Origin: a virus
Lineage: Duplodnaviria; Caudoviricetes
Length of the DNA: 52,385 nt
IMG/VR virus record: IMGVR_UViG_3300022602_000137
Coordinates: 1-52,385 of that record
Reading direction: 5' to 3' (one strand)
Below the pieces are notes generated by a model that ran no database searches, had not been told where the DNA came from, and saw nothing but the letters and a program-made list of their open reading frames with translations. The translations under genes and the position numbers were made by a program. Shown in pieces: positions 18,669-26,148 of the stretch (its first letter is position 1; every line of letters begins with the position of its first letter).

Positions 18669-19192
18669 TTTATAATTTCATCTTTACTATACTCATCCCA
18701 ATTGGTAAAATACTTACGTTGTGTAATAGCGCCAATTGGTACACACCATACACCTGGATTTGTTGCTTCAAAACCTTTATCATCTATTTTAACAGTAGCA
18801 TTATATCCTAACTGTGCTAGATATGGTAATTTTACACTAATTTGTGGAATAAATCTACGATATTCGGTTAAACCACTTTCTAGTAAACCCTCGGTTTGGG
18901 CTACTTCAAAGTCTAAAGTACACCAGAATCCTTCGTCAAGGCATGCTTGGATCATATCTTCCCATGGAGACCAACCAATACTATCATTGGTATCTAGTTT
19001 TGGAAAACTTTGATTAGCACCAAAATAGATATGATTACAATCGTTGTCTTTGGCTAGATTAATAACAACTTGTTCGTTATGGGTACCTACAACAAATAAC
19101 GTTTTCATACCAAATGCTGGAGTACGTTCAATTTCTGTACCAATAAAAAATGTTACATCTTCGGTAACACCACTGCTATAATCACGCTTCAT
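18665..19192 (-). CDS. hypothetical protein in deazaguanine cluster
   Basis: 175 aa, GTEIE.TPA.GMKTLFV, HIYFGAN. Confidence 0.8.
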   Translation of the reverse strand: MKRDYSSGVTEDVTFFIGTEIERTPAFGMKTLFVVGTHNEQVVINLAKDNDCNHIYFGANQSFPKLDTNDSIGWSPWEDMIQACLDEGFWCTLDFEVAQTEGLLESGLTEYRRFIPQISVKLPYLAQLGYNATVKIDDKGFEATNPGVWCVPIGAITQRKYFTNWDEYSKDEIIK

Positions 19193-19436
19193 TGCTTTTC
19201 CTTTCTTCCCAATACTTGATCATACGATTAACATCTTCCATTCTTTCTTGTACAACATCTGGTGCCGCACGTTCTAGCATTTTTAAATTATGATAACTAG
19301 GATAATGACGCAAACACCACCGTGCTTGCTCACGTATTTCTTTCGGAACTCGAGGAGTTTTTTGAGGATTAAGTAAATCTGTCAAAAATTCTTCTGTTCG
19401 TTGTAAACTTCTAAAACGTTCGTCGGGCAATGTCAT
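19182..19436 (-). CDS. small conserved-looking protein (BPSL0761-like)
   Basis: MTLPDER.R...P..PKEIR..AR..LRHYP. Confidence 0.65.
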   Translation of the reverse strand: MTLPDERFRSLQRTEEFLTDLLNPQKTPRVPKEIREQARWCLRHYPSYHNLKMLERAAPDVVQERMEDVNRMIKYWEERKSNEA

Positions 19437-21142
19437 AGCTCAAATAATGATTCGTTGAAAACAGGTTTAACCGGTTCTTTAACTACTTTTTCAATGGTTA
19501 AATTTCCTTCAAATTCAAAGTGTACATCAGCCATAGCACTAGCATTGGTAATCCTATCGCCAGTATTACCCCTAGTACCAATAATACGATCAAAGTAATC
19601 ACCATAAAATTCAACCATATCTAACGCATCTTGTCTATTATCTAGACTAAAGATTAAATCAACAATATCTTTAAATTTATTTGGTGCTGGGCTATAATCT
19701 CTGTGTGTCTTTGTTTCTGCTGTTGTAGCATCTAGCATCGCAGGAATAACACCCGAATCACTTTGACGATTAGCTTCTTGTACAGCATTACAGTGCATCC
19801 ATACATTATGACCCATCATGATAGCATAGGTAAAACTATCCCAGCTAGTACGTCCTTCTTTACCTACTTTATTTAGGTCGCCTGGTTTATAGATACAAAT
19901 ATCTTTCATTTGGACTTGATCTATAATAGGGCTAGATTCAAATTTATCAAAAATACCATCTTGTACTACAGCGTCTTTAAAAAGTCTTGTGTCTGTTGCG
20001 TATTTCTTGTCGTCTGCAGAAGCCTGCATACGGTAGACCCATTTGTCTGCGTGTGGTGTTTCGGTAGCCATGTAGATTTGTCCGTTCGCTGTTGCGAGGA
20101 AGGGACTGGCGCAATCAAAAGAGATGGTAAATTGTTCATTATGATATTTCCTTACAGCACGTTGAATGTCGGTTAATAAAACAGCCCACTCTAATTTAGA
20201 GGTGCCCAAGAAGTGCATCCAGTCTTGATGACCTTTTTCAAGAAGTCCGTCGAAACGTAAATCCACTAATCTCTTTAATACTAGGTGTACGTCACACATA
20301 TTCTGTCCACCCATAGCCCAACCATTAAATGGTTTATCATACTGCTTAGGGTCACAGAATTTTTTCATCTCATTATACCAGTTATCTGCGTCTGTATGAT
20401 TCTCACCTTGTAACACGTTTAAGAACTTACAAGCACCTGTTCGATGTTTAATCCAATATTCATTATTATATTTGGTAGCATCAACCGCTTCTTGATAACT
20501 TGATACACCTGTAGCTTTAATACCTTCTGGGCTACGGCATACCCATGCTGGGATATCGAGTACCATGCCATAATCCATATACGCATCCATCCACGCAAGC
20601 ACTTGCTCGCGCTTCTTCTGTGCCGCATCTAATTGTGCTTGATATAGTTTAGGATGATCGATTTTAGTATACTTTGGATTACCATTCTTATCTGTCTTAG
20701 GATGACCTGTAGGATGTAGTTGTGGGACTAGTTCAACGCCTCGAGCAACAGCTTCGGCCATTCGCTGAGCCACTACTGGTCCTGTTGGATCATTCCACTC
20801 ACCTTCCCACACACCTTTACCAATCTGGAATCCGCCTGAATCTCCTAGTACCCAACTAGTAGAACGATCTCTATTACGAAACATATCTTCGCCGTCATCT
20901 TTCTTAGTCATATCTAAGTTAGCATGGCCTGCCGAGTACAAACAATGATCATAATAAAATAACGCATTAGGATCTAAGTAGTTCATTGCTTCAACACCCA
21001 TTGGGCCAAAACTTGCCGGTACACGAGCCGGATCTACATAGTTACCAAAACGTTGTTTGCCTATAAATGTACTATAAAAACCAGATGTTGCTGGTAAAAA
21101 GTACGCATAATCATTTTGTGTTGCTGTTAAATTTTTATTCAT
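19433..21142 (-). CDS. TGT-superfamily guanine transglycosylase, DpdA-like
   Basis: Ordered TGT motifs GDSGGFQ, MVLDIP, NVLQG, GWAMGG, HFLG, SFDCAS; no CxCxxC Zn site; start MNKNL. Confidence 0.85.
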   Translation of the reverse strand: MNKNLTATQNDYAYFLPATSGFYSTFIGKQRFGNYVDPARVPASFGPMGVEAMNYLDPNALFYYDHCLYSAGHANLDMTKKDDGEDMFRNRDRSTSWVLGDSGGFQIGKGVWEGEWNDPTGPVVAQRMAEAVARGVELVPQLHPTGHPKTDKNGNPKYTKIDHPKLYQAQLDAAQKKREQVLAWMDAYMDYGMVLDIPAWVCRSPEGIKATGVSSYQEAVDATKYNNEYWIKHRTGACKFLNVLQGENHTDADNWYNEMKKFCDPKQYDKPFNGWAMGGQNMCDVHLVLKRLVDLRFDGLLEKGHQDWMHFLGTSKLEWAVLLTDIQRAVRKYHNEQFTISFDCASPFLATANGQIYMATETPHADKWVYRMQASADDKKYATDTRLFKDAVVQDGIFDKFESSPIIDQVQMKDICIYKPGDLNKVGKEGRTSWDSFTYAIMMGHNVWMHCNAVQEANRQSDSGVIPAMLDATTAETKTHRDYSPAPNKFKDIVDLIFSLDNRQDALDMVEFYGDYFDRIIGTRGNTGDRITNASAMADVHFEFEGNLTIEKVVKEPVKPVFNESLFEL

Positions 21143-21495
21143 TATTTCACCAAATGTTGAGCAAGCACCATACAACTAATCCAAGCCCATATAGTGTTAA
21201 ATCCTACTAGAGTAGGCAATAGTTTCTTCTCACTAGCCCAAATAAGTGTTAGGCTTGTTGCTAATGTGAAGAAATATAACCACCAAATTTGTATACCAAA
21301 AATTAGACCTGGAACAATGATAACAGCCTTAGCAAACCAGCTTAAGAATTCTACTGTGTTATAGCTTACCCAATACTCTTTTTTAAACCACATAGCATAA
21401 CATTCCTTAACCTTAGCGAATGTAATATGTCGGTATACAACTAATATCAGTAATAGCCAAACTATTGAAGCAACTGCTATTTGTATAAGGTTCAT
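21142..21495 (-). CDS. small multi-pass membrane protein
   Basis: About 4 hydrophobic segments; start MNLIQ. Confidence 0.75.
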   Translation of the reverse strand: MNLIQIAVASIVWLLLILVVYRHITFAKVKECYAMWFKKEYWVSYNTVEFLSWFAKAVIIVPGLIFGIQIWWLYFFTLATSLTLIWASEKKLLPTLVGFNTIWAWISCMVLAQHLVK

Positions 21496-21496
21496 A

Positions 21497-22228
21497 TTAC
21501 TTGCTCTGTGCTGGTAGAATGTATTCGTAAACAGCTGAACCACTATCAACTGTGATACCTAATGCGCCTGCGTCAGCAATACGCATAGTAATATCACCCG
21601 ACAGAGCTAAAATAGCTTGTACTTGGTTAACCGGCCATGACCATGTTTGTTTTAGTTTACCTGTAATACCACTTTGGAATACAAATGAACCTGCGTGTGT
21701 TGACGCATCACCAAAACTAAACACTAAGTTTCCATTGTCTGTAGACACTTGGAATACTGTTTCTTCAGTATGTGCGGCAGCCTGATATTTTAATTTTTGA
21801 ATTGCGGCCACGGTTGGTTGAAATTCAACTTCCCATGTAGCACCTTTGAACTTAACAGTTTTCAACTTTTCGTTGATAATGTCTTGATTCATAAAACGAT
21901 AGTCGTTTTCAAAGTCGCCTGTGCTATTCTGGAAGTGTAAACCTGTTGGAATATCTTCACCGTTGCGTTGTTGCGTGACTACGCTAATACCAGCACCTTC
22001 TTTGTACTCTGGACACTTCAAGTGTAAGTCTAGCTTGTTTAAGTTAGGCATACCAAATGTACCTTCAAAGGTATCAACTGGCGTGTGCGTTTTAGCGTTC
22101 AAAATAACTGAACGGTCTTCAGCCATTGACTCGATAGTTGTTTCTTTTGAGCTTGAGCTTACCTTGACCAAAGGCAAGAAGCCCAAACTATGTGTGTGTG
22201 CTACTAGGTCTTGTAAAAAGTCTTTCAT
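21497..22228 (-). CDS. DNA polymerase sliding clamp (gp45/PCNA-like)
   Basis: 243 aa, alternating alpha/beta pattern, C-terminal YEYILPA, near polB; GGAG RBS before MKDFL. Confidence 0.75.
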   Translation of the reverse strand: MKDFLQDLVAHTHSLGFLPLVKVSSSSKETTIESMAEDRSVILNAKTHTPVDTFEGTFGMPNLNKLDLHLKCPEYKEGAGISVVTQQRNGEDIPTGLHFQNSTGDFENDYRFMNQDIINEKLKTVKFKGATWEVEFQPTVAAIQKLKYQAAAHTEETVFQVSTDNGNLVFSFGDASTHAGSFVFQSGITGKLKQTWSWPVNQVQAILALSGDITMRIADAGALGITVDSGSAVYEYILPAQSK

Positions 22229-22248
22229 ATGATTCTCCATGTTTAGTT

Positions 22249-22276
22249 ATTATACAGCATTTTGTGACTATGTCAA
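22249..22276 (-). promoter_or_regulatory. sigma70 promoter for clamp/transglycosylase operon
   Basis: TTGACA-16nt-TATAAT. Confidence 0.75.
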
Positions 22277-22279
22277 GGT

Positions 22280-23047
22280 TTATTTGCGTATTTTTTCATT
22301 GTATTTTACCACTTCTTCGAGTACTGTAATAGGTTTATTTAGGTCGTTGGCATAATGAATGAACGCTTTTGTGTCTTTTGGAAAGCAAGCACCGCCAAAG
22401 CCACGGCTCATATCAGGACCGGGTACCATCATATGGCTACTGCCAATACGAAGATCATGTGTTAATACCTGTCGAACTAGGCTATATTCAGCGCCATTAG
22501 CTTGACAAATATCATACAATTGATTAAAAAATGCTACCTTAGTACTTAAGAAGCAATTAACGGCATATTTGATTGTGCTGGCTTCTATGATACTGGTATT
22601 AAAATACATTTTGCAATTTGGCAATGATTCTGTAAACAATGTTTGCCAAAATCCTTCAGGATCGTCCCCGCCTACTACCATATATTTTTGATTGGCAAAG
22701 TCTTCATTAGCAGTGGCTGCACGTAAAAATTCTGGACTATAACAAATGCTATGATCTTTAAAATCTTTGAGCAGTTGTTCTAAATAGTCCGGACGAGTAG
22801 TACATTTGATTAATATAGGTATATGTATAGGCACTTCGGCCATTACACTATAGATTTGACTAACATCACAATCACCATTTTCAGTACTAGGGGTTCCTAC
22901 ACAAATGATAATACCATCGGCGTAAGGGAAATGTTCTATTTTCGATGTTGTATATGCTGGATCTACTATGTGTATAGTATTGTTTTTGTCAATACTATTA
23001 GCAACAGCTTTACCAACGAATCCGTATCCTGCGATAATTATATTCAT
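22280..23047 (-). CDS. ugd: UDP-glucose/GDP-mannose 6-dehydrogenase family protein (lacks C-terminal domain)
   Basis: GYGFVG Rossmann, ICVGTP, SPEFLR, K..N.FL..K..F.N, GFGGACFPKD. Confidence 0.9.
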   Translation of the reverse strand: MNIIIAGYGFVGKAVANSIDKNNTIHIVDPAYTTSKIEHFPYADGIIICVGTPSTENGDCDVSQIYSVMAEVPIHIPILIKCTTRPDYLEQLLKDFKDHSICYSPEFLRAATANEDFANQKYMVVGGDDPEGFWQTLFTESLPNCKMYFNTSIIEASTIKYAVNCFLSTKVAFFNQLYDICQANGAEYSLVRQVLTHDLRIGSSHMMVPGPDMSRGFGGACFPKDTKAFIHYANDLNKPITVLEEVVKYNEKIRK

Positions 23048-23048
23048 A

Positions 23049-25715
23049 TTAAAACTCAAATAAACTATTAAAGGTATTCTTTTCTTCGGTACTATTAATA
23101 TCCCACTTTAGAACACCAATTAGGTTATCTAACTTGTTATCGATAATAGTCTGTTCCATTTCAGCATGGTCAAAAGGTAAATCTTTAAACCATTGTGGTA
23201 AACGAAGTTCGTCGACTGGGTAAGCTACTGATGTAAAGCCTAACGGATTAGGTTTAAGTTTACATACAATAACTTTCTGACCATCAGTAATACTCATTGA
23301 GTATTTGTCGTTGTACATTCGCTTGAGTGTATTCCAATTAATACTTGCTCGTACATGACCAGGCATATTAGCCTTGCCAGCCTTCTTCTCTTTTGCTTCG
23401 TATTCTGTAATATTGTTTGCACGTTTTGGACTACCTTTCTCCCATCCTGGGCGACTTTTAAATAATGTTCGGAATTGGGTAATGTGATCAAGCACTTCTT
23501 GTTCGCTCTTACCTGTTAAAACCATTTCAAGAACATCGCTTAAAAAGTTTTGAATAAATTCTGGTGTATCACTACGCTTAAGGTCCAAGCCCATGGCCTT
23601 GATCTTACCAGGTTTACCATCTACGTCTGCCCGTTTGCCTTCCTTATCATAATAAAGAACAGCATAACGTTTCTTAGTAATGAATAATGATTTAGATCCA
23701 ACAATTTCACGACCAGCTTTGATAACTTCGCCACGTGTTTTAGGTACATGAAAAGCATCTAACATGAATTGTGGGAATGTTTGATTTACTTCGTCACCGA
23801 TTGTGTCATACAATTGGATAACAGTTTCTTTACTCCACGGAATCTTACCAGCATCAATATCTTTCTGTAAGGTCTTATATGCTGAGAAATAACAACTGTC
23901 TGTATCACCATAGATAATTGCCTTACCAGTATGATTATATTCACCTGCGATGATTTCGTTTACTTTACCAGCCATATGTTTAGCGATCTGGCGTCCTGTA
24001 AGAGTAGTGGATTGTCCAATACGCTTATCAAAGAAACGACAACCAGGATTAAGAATAGCACCATATAAGCTATTAAGGTTAATCTTTTTAACCAGTTGAC
24101 GCTTGTCCCAGTATTCTTCTTCAATTTTATTCCCCGCTTTAATTGCTTCTTTTAATTTGGCCTGCATCTCTTTACGTTCAGCATACCAACGTTTTAGCAG
24201 TCCAGGAATAACACCTTCAGTTTCGTGGCTAAAGATAGTACCATTAGCACTAAGCATCCAAGGTTGATTGCTTTCAAATATTAATCTATATACTTCAGCG
24301 GCACTTAATACATCACTATCTCCATTTTCCCAATCAATGGTGATATCTGTGCCAATTTCTTGATTCATTACAGCAGTATACTCTAATGAACCAAATATAC
24401 CTTCCCATGCCGCCGCAAATGATTTACCTTTAGCCATTTGCGTTTCAATAAAATCATCGGTCATTGTTTGACGCAACTGTCCAATGATTGTCTCTGGACC
24501 CATGTTAAGTGCTCTAATAGCTGATGGATACAGTGAGTTGATATCTAATGATCCGACCCAGTCTTGAATACCTTCCTTGGGATAAGCAACATAAGCACCA
24601 GCCGCGGCATTATTTTCTCGCTCATCCATTTTGGGACGATTAGGAACTTGGAATCCACGTCTATGGGCTTCGTTAATAATAGCCTGTTCAGTTACAGCTA
24701 CAGCACCCATTGTAGTTTGTAGCAATACTGTATTTTCATGTGCTAGTGTATTGGCAAGATCTAAAAATTTAAGTTTTTTGTCTAGATCATCTAATAGTTG
24801 ACAGTCATTGATGTTATATTCAACGAATGTTTTAAAATCATTATTATATAATTGATCTAGTGTACCTTCGTATTGTGTTTTACGTTGACCTAATTCGTAT
24901 TCAGCAATAGCATCTAGTCGATAACTATGGCGTTCTTCATATGTGTACTTACGATATAGTTCTAGACTATCTAAGTGTACACGGCCTACAAAGTCATAGG
25001 TAACTGATTGACGACCATATTTTTCATATTCTCTGCGTTTAGGAAATTGATCAAATAAACAGAAACGTCTTGTATCTTCTTTACTAAGTGTTTTAGTTAC
25101 ACGATTAACAGTATACGGGATATCAAAGCCTTCTGAGTTCCAACCAGTTAAGATATCTGCGTCTTTGATCAAATCTAAAAATACATCTAGCATCTCTGCT
25201 TCAGTTTCGTAAAGCATTACGTTATCAAAGTCTTTAACAGCTTCTTTAGCCTGCTCCATAGTTAGAGTCTTTGGTGGAATGGCTAAACATATCATGGTAT
25301 CTAACCATTGTAGCTTAACAGCAATGGCAGTAATTGGCATGAACGCATCGTCAGGTGATGCGTAGCCACGCTCTGGATCAAAGTCTACCTCAATATCGAA
25401 AAATGCTACATTTAATTTTGGAGCATCTTGATTAAGATAGTTTTCACTGAGTGTTACAAAGATTGGATTAATGTCTGCTTCGTACATTGTCTTGCCACTG
25501 TTAATGGCCATTTCTTTACGAAGTTCTTTAGTGTTTTTACAGACGATCCGTTGAACAGGATCTCCATAAATGGATTGGTGTTTACCTCTAGGATCTTTTA
25601 CATAGAAAGTGTGACGAACGGGAATGTCTCTAAATTCTCTTTCGCCTTTCTTGTTGCGTTCAACGATTCTAATAATATCGTTGTCGCGATCAAACCATGC
25701 GTCTACATAGCTCAT
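23049..25715 (-). CDS. family B DNA polymerase (gp43-like)
   Basis: Exo FDIE, GWNSEGFD, YNIND; pol DINSLYPS, KINLNSLYG, YGDTDS, KKRY. Confidence 0.98.
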   Translation of the reverse strand: MSYVDAWFDRDNDIIRIVERNKKGEREFRDIPVRHTFYVKDPRGKHQSIYGDPVQRIVCKNTKELRKEMAINSGKTMYEADINPIFVTLSENYLNQDAPKLNVAFFDIEVDFDPERGYASPDDAFMPITAIAVKLQWLDTMICLAIPPKTLTMEQAKEAVKDFDNVMLYETEAEMLDVFLDLIKDADILTGWNSEGFDIPYTVNRVTKTLSKEDTRRFCLFDQFPKRREYEKYGRQSVTYDFVGRVHLDSLELYRKYTYEERHSYRLDAIAEYELGQRKTQYEGTLDQLYNNDFKTFVEYNINDCQLLDDLDKKLKFLDLANTLAHENTVLLQTTMGAVAVTEQAIINEAHRRGFQVPNRPKMDERENNAAAGAYVAYPKEGIQDWVGSLDINSLYPSAIRALNMGPETIIGQLRQTMTDDFIETQMAKGKSFAAAWEGIFGSLEYTAVMNQEIGTDITIDWENGDSDVLSAAEVYRLIFESNQPWMLSANGTIFSHETEGVIPGLLKRWYAERKEMQAKLKEAIKAGNKIEEEYWDKRQLVKKINLNSLYGAILNPGCRFFDKRIGQSTTLTGRQIAKHMAGKVNEIIAGEYNHTGKAIIYGDTDSCYFSAYKTLQKDIDAGKIPWSKETVIQLYDTIGDEVNQTFPQFMLDAFHVPKTRGEVIKAGREIVGSKSLFITKKRYAVLYYDKEGKRADVDGKPGKIKAMGLDLKRSDTPEFIQNFLSDVLEMVLTGKSEQEVLDHITQFRTLFKSRPGWEKGSPKRANNITEYEAKEKKAGKANMPGHVRASINWNTLKRMYNDKYSMSITDGQKVIVCKLKPNPLGFTSVAYPVDELRLPQWFKDLPFDHAEMEQTIIDNKLDNLIGVLKWDINSTEEKNTFNSLFEF

Positions 25716-25725
25716 ATTTCATATT

Positions 25726-25784
25726 CTCCGATGTCATTTCCGGCTGACAAATACCTTTATGCTGTTTATGGCCAGCGTACCTTT
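25726..25784 (-). promoter_or_regulatory. tandem structured RNA element (two hairpins/pseudoknots) in polB leader
   Basis: AAAGGTAC-GCTG-GCCATAAA-CAGC and AAAGGTATT-TGTCA-GCCGGAAA-TGACA immediately before GGAG. Confidence 0.6.
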
Positions 25785-25799
25785 CTTATGTATTACTTA

Positions 25800-26057
25800 T
25801 TAGATACGTTTAGTGATATCTAAAATTGCTTCAATCTCAGCCCAATCTTCGTTATGTGCCGCCCAATCACCTTTATGAGCGATCTTAATAGCTTTGTTAA
25901 TAACGCTAGGTTTGATTTGTAATTCTTCTGCTACTGCCTTAACTGTCTCTTTCAAGCCTTCTGTTAAGTCTTCTACTTCACGGAGTACTGTAGAGCCTTC
26001 GCTGATTAATCTTTCTAGTTTTGCCTTTTCTTCTGGACCGTAATTTCTACCTGACAT
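25800..26057 (-). CDS. phage DsbA/GapR-like small dsDNA-binding protein
   Basis: 85-aa helical protein, pattern LKE..K...EEL.I.P..INKAI. Confidence 0.6.
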   Translation of the reverse strand: MSGRNYGPEEKAKLERLISEGSTVLREVEDLTEGLKETVKAVAEELQIKPSVINKAIKIAHKGDWAAHNEDWAEIEAILDITKRI

Positions 26058-26077
26058 GTAATTCTCCTTTATAGCCT

Positions 26078-26106
26078 ATTGTATATTAATTATCTGTGCG
26101 TGTCAA
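26078..26106 (-). promoter_or_regulatory. sigma70 promoter for replication operon
   Basis: TTGACA-17nt-TACAAT. Confidence 0.8.
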
Positions 26107-26119
26107 ATTTTTTAGGTGG

Positions 26120-26145
26120 AAATGGCAGAAATAAATCTGCCATTT
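26120..26145 (-). terminator. probable terminator hairpin ending the virion-protein block
   Basis: AAATGGCAGA-6nt-TCTGCCATTT just after stop at 26149; short U-tract. Confidence 0.65.
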
Positions 26146-26148
26146 TGA

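Noticed and set aside
19433-21142. Canonical bacterial tRNA-guanine transglycosylase (tgt)
   Set aside because: Much longer, lacks the CxCxxC...H Zn site and sits among replisome genes; tRNA activity not excluded but symbol withheld
23049-25715. Intein or intron in DNA polymerase
   Set aside because: Continuous 888-aa ORF with normal motif spacing and no intein or homing-endonuclease motifs
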